Part shown: positions 22,072 to 30,842 of the stretch, in pieces
Numbering within the stretch: position 1 is the stretch's first letter
How the letters are laid out: every line of letters starts with the position of its first letter
Notes under the pieces: model-generated
The model's database searches: none
What the model was told of the DNA's origin: nothing
Seen by the model: only the letters and a program-made list of their open reading frames with translations
Translations under genes and position numbers: made by a program
Assembly: GCF_000015805.1 (NCBI RefSeq)
Contig: NC_009073.1
Coordinates: forward strand, 90,001-122,000
Direction of reading: 5' to 3'
DNA from: Pyrobaculum calidifontis JCM 11548
Lineage (GTDB): Archaea; Thermoproteota; Thermoprotei; Thermoproteales; Thermoproteaceae
Length of the DNA: 32,000 nt

Positions 22072-25000
22072 AAAGGTCTTGGTAATAGGCTCGGGGGCCA
22101 TTAAGGTGGCCGAGGCGGCGGAGTTCGACTACTCTGGCTCACAGGCGCTTAAGGCGTTTAAGGAGGAGGGGATTGAGACAGTGCTAGTGAACCCCAACAT
22201 AGCCACGATACAGACCTCCAAGATTTTGGCGGACAGGGTCTACTTCATCCCCATCCAAAGGCCGTTTTTAGAGGGGGTTTTAGAGAAGGAGAGGCCTGAC
22301 GCAGTTGCCTGCGGCTTCGGGGGCCAGACCGCGCTGTCAGCATGTGTAGAGTTAGACGAATCAGGCGCCTTGGCCAAATACGGCGTGAGAGTGATCGGCA
22401 CGCCTGTGAGGGGGATAAGGAGGGCCTTGTCGCGGGACTTGTTCCAAAGGGCGATGAGGGAGGCGGGGATCCCCACCCCTCCCAGCAAGCCGGCGCGGTC
22501 GCCCGAGGAGGCTCTCGCGGTGGCGGCTGAGATCGGGTACCCCGTGGTGGTGAGAGTGAGCTTCAACCTCGGCGGCGCGGGGGCCTTTGTGGCAAAGACC
22601 GAGGAGGCGCTTAGGGCCAGGGTGTACAAGGCCTTTGCCCAGTCGGCCATAGGCGAGGTGTTGGTGGAGAAGTACTTAGAGGGGTGGAAGGAGGTGGAGT
22701 TTGAAGTGGTGCGCGACTCATACGACAACGTCGCGGCGGTGGTCTGCATGGAGAACGTGGACCCCATGGGGGTGCACACGGGCGACTCCATCGTGGTGGC
22801 GCCCTGCCTCACTCTGACCGACGAGGAGTACCAGAAGGCCAGGGACATCTCCATTGGGGTGGCGAGGGCGATTGAGCTAGTGGGCGAGGGGAACGTACAA
22901 GTGGCCGTCAACTACGCTGGGCCAGAGCAGTACGCCATTGAGACTAACCCGCGTATGTCTCGCTCAAGCGCCTTGGCCTCCAAGGCCTCTGGCTACCCCC
23001 TGGCCTACATAGCGGCTAAGCTGGCCCTGGGCTACCGCCTAGACGAAGTGTTAAACCAAGTGACCAGGCGCACAGTGGCTGCCTTTGAGCCCGCGCTGGA
23101 CTACATAGTGGTTAAGCACCCCAGGTGGGAGAACGACCGCTTCGGCGTCGTGGAGGGGCTTGGCCCCGAGATGATGTCCATCGGCGAGGCCATGGGAATT
23201 GGGAGAACTCTTGAGGAGGCTTGGCAAAAGGCCGTGAGAATGATCGACATTGGGGAGCCGGGGCTTGTGGGCGGGAGAATGTTCGACGAGCTTACGCTGG
23301 AGGAAGCGGAGAGGTGTCTCGCCGAGTATAGGCCATACTGGCCCATATGCGCCGCCAAGGCCATGTACCTCGGCGTCCCCCTGGAGCGGGTCTATCAATA
23401 CGTCAAAGTGGACAAGTTCTTCCTAAGGGCCATTCAGCGCGTGGTGGAGTTCTACAAGAGGATGGAGAGAGGCGAGGCGGATCTTGAGGAGGCGAAGGTG
23501 CTGGGCTTCTCCGACGAGCAGATCGCGAAGGCCCTCCGCATAGGCGTGGAGGAGGTTAGGAAGATGCGGAGGAGGCCCGTGGTGAAGAAGATAGACACGC
23601 TGGCGGGGGAGTGGCCTGCCGAGACTAACTACCTATACCTCACCTACGGCGGCTACTACGACGACGCGGCTCCCAAGGCCGACTTCCTCGTGGTGGGCGC
23701 AGGGGTGTTTAGAATTGGGGTAAGCGTCGAGTTCGACTGGTCCACGGTGAACTTGGCAGTGGAGCTGAGGAACCGCGGGCATAGAGTGGCCATCTTGAAC
23801 TACAACCCCGAGACTGTCTCCACGGACTGGGACGTGGTGGACAAGCTCTACTTCGACGAGATAACCGTGGAGAGGGTGTTGGACGTTGTGGAGAAGGAGG
23901 GGGGAGACGTCGCGGTGGTGTTGTACGCAGGCGGCCAAATAGGCCAGCGCCTATACGTGCCGCTTGAGAGAGCTGGCGTCAAAATAGGGGGGACACGGGC
24001 CAGCTCTATAGACGCCGCAGAGGATAGGTACAAGTTCTCCAAGCTCTTAGACAAGTTGGGCATTAGGCAACCGCCCTGGTTCACGGCCACGTCGATAGAC
24101 GAGGCGTTGAAGCTCGCCGAGGAGCTCGGCTACCCCGTCCTCGTGCGGCCGAGCTACGTGCTGGGCGGGACCTACATGGCCGCGGTGTACAGCCCCGGGG
24201 AGCTTGCCGAGTTTTTAACCAAGGCCGCCAAGGTCAGCGGGCGTTACCCCGTGGTCGTGTCTAAGTTCATGCCCTGGGGCATAGAGGCAGAGGTGGACGC
24301 GGTGTCAGACGGGCGTAGGCTCGTTGCTACGCCCATAGAGCACGTGGAGCCCCCCGGCGTCCACTCCGGCGACTCCACCATGGTCCTCCCCCCGAGGAGG
24401 CTGGGCGACTCGGCGATCAAGAAGATGATCGACGTAGTGCACTCGCTGGCCAGAGAGCTGGAGGTCAGGGGGCCTATGAACGTACAATTCCTCGTAAACG
24501 ACGACGTGTACGTCATAGAGGCAAACCTCAGGGTAAGCCGCTCCATGCCCTTTGTGAGCAAGGCCACGGGGGTCAACTACATGTCCCTAGTGGCCGACGT
24601 GTTGACCAACGGCAGATTGGCCACAGACGAGGAGGTGGTGGCGCTTAGGCCCACTAAGTGGTGGGTCAAGTCGCCGCAGTTCTCCTGGTCTAGGCTCAGG
24701 GGGGCCTACCCCCGCCTAGGCCCCGTCATGTACAGCACGGGGGAAGTGGCCGCAAATGGGAAGACGTTTGAAGAGGCGCTCCTCAAAAGCTGGCTCTCGG
24801 CAACGCCAAACAAAATACCGCAGAAGACGGCCCTAGTCTACACCTACGACGAGAGAGATGCGGAGAAAATGAGACACGCCGCCTCTCTGCTCTCCACGAG
24901 GCTGGAGGTGTACAAGCCGGAGGAGTTGGGCGAGAAGGTGGTAGAGCTCCTCAAGTGGAGGAAGATAGACATAGTGATGACGAGCGGCTATACGCCCCAG

Positions 25001-25135
25001 AGAGACTACACAATTAGAAGAACCGCCGCAGACACTAACACGCCGCTTGTCCTCGACGCCACGCTGGCGGTGGAGTTGGCCAATGCCTTCCTCTGGTACT
25101 ACAACGGCGGGAGGCTGGAGGTAGAGCCATGGTAG
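22058..25135 (+). CDS. carB: Carbamoyl-phosphate synthase large subunit
   Basis: 1025 aa with duplicated ATP-grasp halves (VLVIGSGAIKVAEAAEFDYSGSQA... and FLVVGAGVFRIGVSVEFDWS...). ATG 22058 overlaps the carA end by 14 nt. Confidence 0.95.
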   Translation: MPDIRKVLVIGSGAIKVAEAAEFDYSGSQALKAFKEEGIETVLVNPNIATIQTSKILADRVYFIPIQRPFLEGVLEKERPDAVACGFGGQTALSACVELDESGALAKYGVRVIGTPVRGIRRALSRDLFQRAMREAGIPTPPSKPARSPEEALAVAAEIGYPVVVRVSFNLGGAGAFVAKTEEALRARVYKAFAQSAIGEVLVEKYLEGWKEVEFEVVRDSYDNVAAVVCMENVDPMGVHTGDSIVVAPCLTLTDEEYQKARDISIGVARAIELVGEGNVQVAVNYAGPEQYAIETNPRMSRSSALASKASGYPLAYIAAKLALGYRLDEVLNQVTRRTVAAFEPALDYIVVKHPRWENDRFGVVEGLGPEMMSIGEAMGIGRTLEEAWQKAVRMIDIGEPGLVGGRMFDELTLEEAERCLAEYRPYWPICAAKAMYLGVPLERVYQYVKVDKFFLRAIQRVVEFYKRMERGEADLEEAKVLGFSDEQIAKALRIGVEEVRKMRRRPVVKKIDTLAGEWPAETNYLYLTYGGYYDDAAPKADFLVVGAGVFRIGVSVEFDWSTVNLAVELRNRGHRVAILNYNPETVSTDWDVVDKLYFDEITVERVLDVVEKEGGDVAVVLYAGGQIGQRLYVPLERAGVKIGGTRASSIDAAEDRYKFSKLLDKLGIRQPPWFTATSIDEALKLAEELGYPVLVRPSYVLGGTYMAAVYSPGELAEFLTKAAKVSGRYPVVVSKFMPWGIEAEVDAVSDGRRLVATPIEHVEPPGVHSGDSTMVLPPRRLGDSAIKKMIDVVHSLARELEVRGPMNVQFLVNDDVYVIEANLRVSRSMPFVSKATGVNYMSLVADVLTNGRLATDEEVVALRPTKWWVKSPQFSWSRLRGAYPRLGPVMYSTGEVAANGKTFEEALLKSWLSATPNKIPQKTALVYTYDERDAEKMRHAASLLSTRLEVYKPEELGEKVVELLKWRKIDIVMTSGYTPQRDYTIRRTAADTNTPLVLDATLAVELANAFLWYYNGGRLEVEPW

Positions 25136-25923
25136 CACTAGCGTACGACGTGGTCAGAGAGGAGGAGAGGGCGTTGATAAAGGCAGCAGCGTCTCTGGGC
25201 GTGGGACTGAGGCTGGTGGAAATTGGCGACGTCCTCGTGCTAGACGCGTGGGAGCCAGATGTCTACCTAGTGCGCACCCTCAGCCACAACAAGGGGATAA
25301 TCTTCGCGTCGGCTGTGGAGAGCCGCGGCGGCGTCGCTGTGAACTCCTCAGCCGCCTTAGCCACGTCGTGGAATAAAGCGCTTACGCTGACTAAGTTACT
25401 CGCCGCAGGGCTCCCAGTGCCCAAAAGCTTCGTCCTCTTCGGCAAGGCTCCCCTAGACGTGGAGGGGAGGAAGATTGTCAAAGCCGTGAGCGGGAGCTGG
25501 GGGCGGAAAGTGTCGCTGGTAACATCGCGGGAGGAGCTAGAGGTTCTCCTAAAGTCGGCAGAGGGCGAAGTGCTGTTGCTACAAGAGGCGGTGGGAACAG
25601 GCGAGGACATACGCGTGTTCGTAATAGGCGACAGGGCGGTGGCCGCCATGCGGAGAATTCCGCCAAGCGGAGACTGGAGAAGCAACGCAGCGCGCGGCGG
25701 CACTACACTGCCGCAACCCATAGACGGCGAGTTGGAAAAGCTCGCGGTAAAGGCCGCAAAGGCCGTGGGAGCCTACTACGCAGGAGTAGACATCCTAGTG
25801 GGCGACAGGTACTACGTCAACGAGGTAAACGGCATCCCAGAGTTCAAAGCCCTCATGAGAACCACCGGCATCGACGTAGCCAAGGAGCTCGTTCTAGCCG
25901 TCCACGAACTAGCCAAGAGGTGA
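25129..25923 (+). CDS. RimK/LysX/ArgX-family ATP-grasp ligase
   Basis: 264 aa. ATP-grasp pattern (KAVSGSWGRKVSLV, EDIRVFVIGDRAVAAMRR, GDWRSNAARGG, YAGVDIL...YVNEVNGIPEF). ATG 25129 overlaps the carB stop at 25133-25135. Confidence 0.8.
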   Translation: MVALAYDVVREEERALIKAAASLGVGLRLVEIGDVLVLDAWEPDVYLVRTLSHNKGIIFASAVESRGGVAVNSSAALATSWNKALTLTKLLAAGLPVPKSFVLFGKAPLDVEGRKIVKAVSGSWGRKVSLVTSREELEVLLKSAEGEVLLLQEAVGTGEDIRVFVIGDRAVAAMRRIPPSGDWRSNAARGGTTLPQPIDGELEKLAVKAAKAVGAYYAGVDILVGDRYYVNEVNGIPEFKALMRTTGIDVAKELVLAVHELAKR

Positions 25924-26409
25924 CTCAAAAACCCTCCTCTTCACCTCCTCGACGCCCTTCAATAGCCTCTCTATGTCCTCTTTCGCGTACTCGTCGCTGG
26001 GGTAGCGGCTGGATACGCCCTCTCTATCTGGGCCATTGTATTGATACTCATGTAAATTTAGCGCCACGTCTGTGTACATTAGGACATCGCGCCCAAACAC
26101 CCTGGCTAAGACCTGCGCCACCGGCCTCACCCGGCTGGAGGGCATAAAGGCAATGACCCAGTCCACCTCGCTTATCCTAGCCCCGCTCCTCAGTCTCTTC
26201 ATGCCGGTGTAGACCTTGGCTAACTCGTCCCTAGCCCTGGCCGCGAGAGCCGCCAACAAGGCCTTCCACGCTTGGTAGGCTCTCCCAGCGGCATTGCGTA
26301 TGAGGCCCTCCTCTAAGAATTTAGCCGCCAACTCAGCCTCATAGCTGGCCTCTAAGAGCCTCGCCCTCATGTACCCAGCCTCGTTGCGCCAAGGCTTAAC
26401 AAGCTCCAC
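25909..26409 (-). CDS. PaREP1-family protein (intact)
   Basis: 166 aa. AGRAYQAWKALLAALAA and ALNLHEYQYNGPD motifs. GTG 26409 lies 15-25 nt downstream of ATTTAAAATA. Confidence 0.8.
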   Translation of the reverse strand: MELVKPWRNEAGYMRARLLEASYEAELAAKFLEEGLIRNAAGRAYQAWKALLAALAARARDELAKVYTGMKRLRSGARISEVDWVIAFMPSSRVRPVAQVLARVFGRDVLMYTDVALNLHEYQYNGPDREGVSSRYPSDEYAKEDIERLLKGVEEVKRRVFESPLG

Positions 26410-26438
26410 CCCTCTTTGTGGCTGGCTATTTTAAATCT

Positions 26439-27410
26439 TTAGAAGAGGGAGAAGAGTTTGTCTTCGACGTATGGCTCATGGATCTTCTCCCCGGAGATGT
26501 CCACTAGGTAGTCTGACTTCTCTACTACTCGGCCAATTACCGCGTGGGGGACGCCGAGGCCCCTAAGCTTGTTGAGGGCCGCGTCGAGTTGGTTGGGCGG
26601 CACTGTGGCGAGTAGGACGCCCGAGCTAAGGGTCTTCAAGGGGTCTATTCCAAAGGCTCTGCACAGCGCCTCTATCTCAGGCCTAGTCAACACGGCGCCT
26701 CTGTCCACTACTATGGAGACGCCCGATGCGTAGGCGATTTCCGCGAGACCCCCGGCCACGCCGCCCTCCGTGGGGTCGTGCATAGAAGTGGCGAAATCGG
26801 CCAGCGCCAGTGCCTCCCTTATCACCGAAATGTTGAAAGACTTGGCCGCCTCAACGGCGGACTTGTCCACCCCCCTGCGGACGGCCTCCTCTCCGAAGTC
26901 TGTTGCGAGTATAGACGCCGCCTCTTGCCCAGCGTACTTCGTCATAAGGACGTAGTCCCCCGGCCTCGCCCCGCCGGTCGTCACGTAGCGCCTCCCCACC
27001 CCCATCGCCGTGGCCACGACCACCGGCCTAGTAACCGCCGTGGTGACCTCCGTGTGGCCGCCCACCACCGCCACGCCAATTTCCCTCGCGGCCTCGTCTA
27101 TCTGCCGCGCAATTTCGTCCAAATCGCCCTCGCCCGCCGCCGACGGAAGGAATATCGAAACCGAAAGCCACATGGGCTCCACCCCCCTCACCGCAACGTC
27201 GTTCGTGGAGACAAACACCGCCAGCCTGCCGACGAGTTTCACAGAGCCAGAGATGGGGTCTGTGTGGACGACCAAATAGGCGCCGCCCAGATCTATTATT
27301 GCCGCGTCTTCGCCGACGGCGGGGCCTACCACCACCTCTCTCCGCCACGCGCCGCGCCTAGCGAGCACCAACTGCCGGAGCAGTTGGGGATGTAGCTTTC
27401 CCACTTTCAT
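26439..27410 (-). CDS. AIR-synthase-related protein (PurM/ThiL/HypE superfamily)
   Basis: 323 aa. MKVGKL...GPAVGEDAAIIDLGGAYLVVHTDP...VVGGHTE...GDYVLMTK...MHDPTEGGVAGGL pattern. It lacks the C-terminal Cys motif of true HypE. Confidence 0.75.
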   Translation of the reverse strand: MKVGKLHPQLLRQLVLARRGAWRREVVVGPAVGEDAAIIDLGGAYLVVHTDPISGSVKLVGRLAVFVSTNDVAVRGVEPMWLSVSIFLPSAAGEGDLDEIARQIDEAAREIGVAVVGGHTEVTTAVTRPVVVATAMGVGRRYVTTGGARPGDYVLMTKYAGQEAASILATDFGEEAVRRGVDKSAVEAAKSFNISVIREALALADFATSMHDPTEGGVAGGLAEIAYASGVSIVVDRGAVLTRPEIEALCRAFGIDPLKTLSSGVLLATVPPNQLDAALNKLRGLGVPHAVIGRVVEKSDYLVDISGEKIHEPYVEDKLFSLF

Positions 27411-27436
27411 TAAATATGCGTTTTTTCCACCTCTTA

Positions 27437-28345
27437 ATGGACTTTTCTGGAAGCTGGCTGAAGGTAGAACCGGAGCTCGTGAAGTCGGTTCACAGAGCCG
27501 TGCTAGAGAAGTGGGGAGCCAAGGCGCTTCAATACACAGACCCCGCGGGGGCGCCAGAGCCGCGCCGGGCGCTCGAAGAGCTCGTAGGCGGGCTGGGGCT
27601 GACTGGGTTTAGGGCGTTTTTCACAAACGGCCTTGGAGACAGCCTAAGGATCCTTGCTTTTGCCCACTTGGAGAAGCCCTGCGTCCGCCTGGAGGACCCC
27701 ACGTCGCAGGAGGCCCTCCGGGCCTTTGAACACTGTGCCGACTCGCGCCTGGCGTATATACAGCCCATTTGGCGCAACCCCGACGGCTACACCTACAGCG
27801 AGGATGAGATCAAGAGGGTGGCATCTGAGGTCCCGTTGGTGGTATACGACTTGACGTACGGCCTCCTCTCCGGCCGCAGAGTCCCCATCTACGGGTCTGC
27901 GGTGGCTGTGGCCTCTTTCCACGCTTTGTTCCCCGGCCTCGCCTTGGGGTTCATCGCGGCGCCAGAGGAGCTGTACGAAGTATACCTCGAATACGTGCAG
28001 TCGGCGTACCTCCACCCGCCCACCTATCTCCAGTACCTCTTCTACACGGCACTGAAGGAGGGGGCCGTTGGCGAAGTCTTCGCCTCCCTAAAAAGGCGGG
28101 CGCGGGCGGTCGAGGAGCTTCTCGGCGTAGTCGCCACACCATACTTCGCGTGGGTTGAGGCTAGGAATCCGGAAATCTTTTTAAAACACGGCGCCGTCCC
28201 TGGCGGTGAGTTCACAAGAAGGCGCAGACTCGGCAAATGCCTACGCCTGGGCCTCACTAGTGCGACAGAGGAGGAGATTGCCCGCTTCTTCTCCTCGCTT
28301 CCTCCAGAAGAACTTCAAGACGTTGGCCATTGCAGAGAGCTTTAA
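27437..28345 (+). CDS. Class I/II aminotransferase-fold protein lacking the PLP-binding lysine (probable pseudoenzyme)
   Basis: The ORF track starts at 27416. ATG 27437 (MDFSGSW...) lies 24 nt downstream of TTAAATA (27410-27416). [20 protein letters not shown] and [14 protein letters not shown] replace the usual NPTG / D.(A/T)Y / SFSKxxxPGLRLG motifs. Confidence 0.75.
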   Translation: MDFSGSWLKVEPELVKSVHRAVLEKWGAKALQYTDPAGAPEPRRALEELVGGLGLTGFRAFFTNGLGDSLRILAFAHLEKPCVRLEDPTSQEALRAFEHCADSRLAYIQPIWRNPDGYTYSEDEIKRVASEVPLVVYDLTYGLLSGRRVPIYGSAVAVASFHALFPGLALGFIAAPEELYEVYLEYVQSAYLHPPTYLQYLFYTALKEGAVGEVFASLKRRARAVEELLGVVATPYFAWVEARNPEIFLKHGAVPGGEFTRRRRLGKCLRLGLTSATEEEIARFFSSLPPEELQDVGHCREL

Positions 28346-28871
28346 GGTTGAAGACGGTTTCTCAGTTCTGGCGGGGGTCGTGGCGAGGAGAGACGGCACG
28401 GTGGAGGCAGTGGCCGTGGACACGGCCACCGTGGGAGGCACAGACGCCACAGAGGCCGCTGTGCGAATAGCGGAGAGGCTCCTCAAGCCCGACGTGAGCA
28501 TAATCATGCTGGACGGCTGTGTGGTGTCTTTCTACAACTGGATAGACGGCGAGGCGCTGTGGCGCCGCTTCGGCGTGCCAGTGGCATGCTACGTGTTTGA
28601 AGACCCCGAGGGCCGCGTCGAGGAGGCGGTGAAGAAGCTCTTCAAAGACTGGGAACTGAGGATTGAGGCCATTAGGAGGCTGGGCTGGCCGACGCCCTAC
28701 TACACAAAGAGTGGGTACAAGATATACATCAGGTCCTGGGGCATTGACCCAGCAGACGCCGGGCGGGCCGCCGAGCTCTGCGCAAAATTCGGCAAATGGC
28801 CAGAGCCTATCCGCGTGGCGCAGCTGGTGGCAAGCGGAGTGAGAGAGTACCTAAGCCGCAGAAGCCGGTAA
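28323..28871 (+). CDS. DUF99/UPF0215-family protein (endonuclease V-like fold)
   Basis: [32 protein letters not shown]...[16 protein letters not shown]... is typical of DUF99. The start is uncertain: TTG 28323 is the first start-type codon just before the conserved core, while ATG 28206 would overlap the upstream gene by 140 nt. Confidence 0.7.
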   Translation: MAIAESFKVEDGFSVLAGVVARRDGTVEAVAVDTATVGGTDATEAAVRIAERLLKPDVSIIMLDGCVVSFYNWIDGEALWRRFGVPVACYVFEDPEGRVEEAVKKLFKDWELRIEAIRRLGWPTPYYTKSGYKIYIRSWGIDPADAGRAAELCAKFGKWPEPIRVAQLVASGVREYLSRRSR

Positions 28872-29004
28872 GCCAGGCCCGCCACGCGCACTCTGTTCGA
28901 GGCATTCCGCGCACTGCAGACGCCGTGTACAGCCTCTGCTGGCCACGGCGAGGTTGTGCGTCTGTTCACCATTAACGTTTAAAAGAGCCTGTAGATGCGC
29001 GCTT

Positions 29005-30099
29005 ATGGTAACGAGGAGGAAGTTGCTCATAGCGGCTGGAGGTGCCGTGGTGGCGGTGGCGTTGGGAGCCATAGGCTTCTCCATGTTGCAACGGCCTAGG
29101 CTCGCCGTCTACAACTACTCTTACTACATAGACAAGGATCTGTTGAAGGAGTTTGAGAGGGAATTCGGCGTGGAGGTGATTTACAGAGAGTTCGAAAGCG
29201 GGGAGGAGGCCTACTCCGCCCTGCTCCGGGGAGGAGGGGGGTACGACCTCGTGGTTGTCCCCGACACGTATCTGAAAGATGTAATAGCGGGGGGCTACGT
29301 GAGAAAGATAGATCACGGCAAGCTCTCCAACCTTGGCAACGTCGCGCCTGAGTTTTTTGAGAATCCAAACGACCGTGGGCTTCAGTACTCCATCCCCTAC
29401 GCCTTCGGCATCACGGGCTTCGCCGTCAACTACTACGCCATGAGGGGGGTGGACAGGCGGCTGGACAGCTGGTCCGACCTCTTCGACTTCGGCCTCTTGG
29501 AAAAGATGCGCGACAGAGTGGCCATGTTGGAGGAGTTCATAGAGCCCGTCATGGCGGCGAAGTATGCCCTCGGCATAGATCCAGACGACTGGAGCGATGC
29601 CGCGGTGAACAAGGTGGTAGACTTGCTCAAGCGGCAGAAGGACTACATAAGGGGGTACTTGGGCGTAAGCCAGATAGTGGACGCCCTAGCCGCCGGAGAG
29701 CTGTGGGTTTCCCAGATATGGTCTGGCGACGCCGCAACGGCCAGAGACAAATTTGTAAATTTAGCAGGAGAGGTCAATCGCGACAAGTTTGAATACGTCC
29801 TCCCAAGGCCCAAGACGCATAGGTGGGTAGACTTCATGGTGATCCCTCGCGACGCAAAAAACGTAGATGCCGCATACGCCTTCATAGACTTTGTCCTCAG
29901 GCCGGAAAACGCGGCTAGGATAACGCTGGCCTCTTACTACCCCACGGCGGTCAAGAAGCAGTTAGTGGCCAAGTACCTCCCTGCCGACGTGTTAGAGGAC
30001 CCCGCAGTGTACCCGCCCGAGGGCGCTAACCTAATATACTTGAACTACACCAAGGAGCTCTTAGATGCAGTAGAGAGGATAAGGGCCGCTGTCAGATAA
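29005..30099 (+). CDS. PotD-like spermidine/putrescine ABC-transporter substrate-binding protein (orphan)
   Basis: ATG 29005 (MVTRRKLLIAAGGAVVAVALGAIGF: twin-Arg plus hydrophobic anchor) lies ~22-28 nt downstream of CGTTTAAAAGAG. PotD-type body (YNYSYYID..L..FE...G..V....F.S.EE..., QIWSGDA). Confidence 0.8.
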   Translation: MVTRRKLLIAAGGAVVAVALGAIGFSMLQRPRLAVYNYSYYIDKDLLKEFEREFGVEVIYREFESGEEAYSALLRGGGGYDLVVVPDTYLKDVIAGGYVRKIDHGKLSNLGNVAPEFFENPNDRGLQYSIPYAFGITGFAVNYYAMRGVDRRLDSWSDLFDFGLLEKMRDRVAMLEEFIEPVMAAKYALGIDPDDWSDAAVNKVVDLLKRQKDYIRGYLGVSQIVDALAAGELWVSQIWSGDAATARDKFVNLAGEVNRDKFEYVLPRPKTHRWVDFMVIPRDAKNVDAAYAFIDFVLRPENAARITLASYYPTAVKKQLVAKYLPADVLEDPAVYPPEGANLIYLNYTKELLDAVERIRAAVR

Positions 30100-30125
30100 G
30101 CGCTACGGAGGATTTTTTAAATTGG

Positions 30126-30299
30126 ATGTACGGCGTGTTCGTGGCGTTGGTGTTGGAGGTGTTGGGTCCTCACGCCTACGGGCTTTGGAAATATGGCGTA
30201 GGGCCCACCGACGACGTTGAGACAGCCATCGCCAAGCTGAGGGCCACAGCGCCGCACTTGGCCAAGTTCTTAAGCGAGGTGGCGCAGCGAAGGCTTTAA
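30126..30299 (+). CDS. Possible small protein (57 aa), below the ORF-track size cutoff
   Basis: MYGVFVALVLEVLGPHAYGLWKYGVGPTDDVETAIAKLRATAPHLAKFLSEVAQRRL*. Strongly G/C-ending codons like neighbouring genes. The opposite-strand 66-aa ORF is Arg/Pro/Trp-rich junk. An AT-rich box TTTTTTAAATT (30113-30123) sits too close to the ATG. Confidence 0.3.
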   Translation: MYGVFVALVLEVLGPHAYGLWKYGVGPTDDVETAIAKLRATAPHLAKFLSEVAQRRL

Positions 30300-30320
30300 A
30301 CAAGCTTTTTTCTCTCTTGC

Positions 30321-30842
30321 ATGTCTCACGAGCTTCACAGAGCTCAGGGGCCTAAAAGCGCTAGGTTTTATGTCGTCACGGTCAGCACGTCGCGTTTTCA
30401 AGAGAAGGTGCGGGGCGGCTCTCCTAGGGACGAGTCGGGGGACGTGGCCGTTGAGATGATAACCTCAGCGGGCCACGCGGTGGTTGGACGCGACCTGCTC
30501 CCCGACGACGTGACGGCGATTAGGAAGAAGGCGTTTGAGCTCATGGCGAGAGACGACGTAGACATCGTGGTGTTCACCGGCGGCACAGGTTTGACGAAGA
30601 GCGACGTGACCATCGAGGCGTTGAGGCCCCTCTTCGAGAAAGAGATAGAGGGCTTCGGCGATGTCTTCCGCTTCTACAGCATACAAGAGGTAGGCACAGC
30701 GGCATTTTTAACGAGGGCCACGGCCGGCGTTGTAAAAGGCAAAGTGTTCGTCCTCCTCCCCGGCTCTCCCAACGCCGTCAAGACTGGCTTGAGGATACTG
30801 CTGGGGGAGGTCTCCCACCTCCTCTACCTAGTGAGGCAGTGA
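30321..30842 (+). CDS. moaB: Molybdenum cofactor biosynthesis protein B (MoaB/MogA family)
   Basis: 173 aa. VVTVSTSR...DESGD...VDIVVFTGGTGLTKSDVTIEA...GFGDVFR...LLPGSPNAV pattern. Confidence 0.85.
   Translation: MSHELHRAQGPKSARFYVVTVSTSRFQEKVRGGSPRDESGDVAVEMITSAGHAVVGRDLLPDDVTAIRKKAFELMARDDVDIVVFTGGTGLTKSDVTIEALRPLFEKEIEGFGDVFRFYSIQEVGTAAFLTRATAGVVKGKVFVLLPGSPNAVKTGLRILLGEVSHLLYLVRQ

Noticed and set aside
26439-27410. Annotating the PurM-superfamily protein as hydrogenase maturation factor HypE
   Set aside because: The protein ends ...VEDKLFSLF and lacks the C-terminal cysteine motif required for HypE function. No hyp or hydrogenase genes are nearby, so only the 'AIR-synthase-related' superfamily call is supported.
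30103-30303. 66-aa minus-strand ORF in the PotD-MoaB spacer
   Set aside because: It is Arg/Pro/Trp-rich junk. The plus-strand 57-aa ORF (30126-30299) has the better codon bias and composition, though it too is only a weak call.
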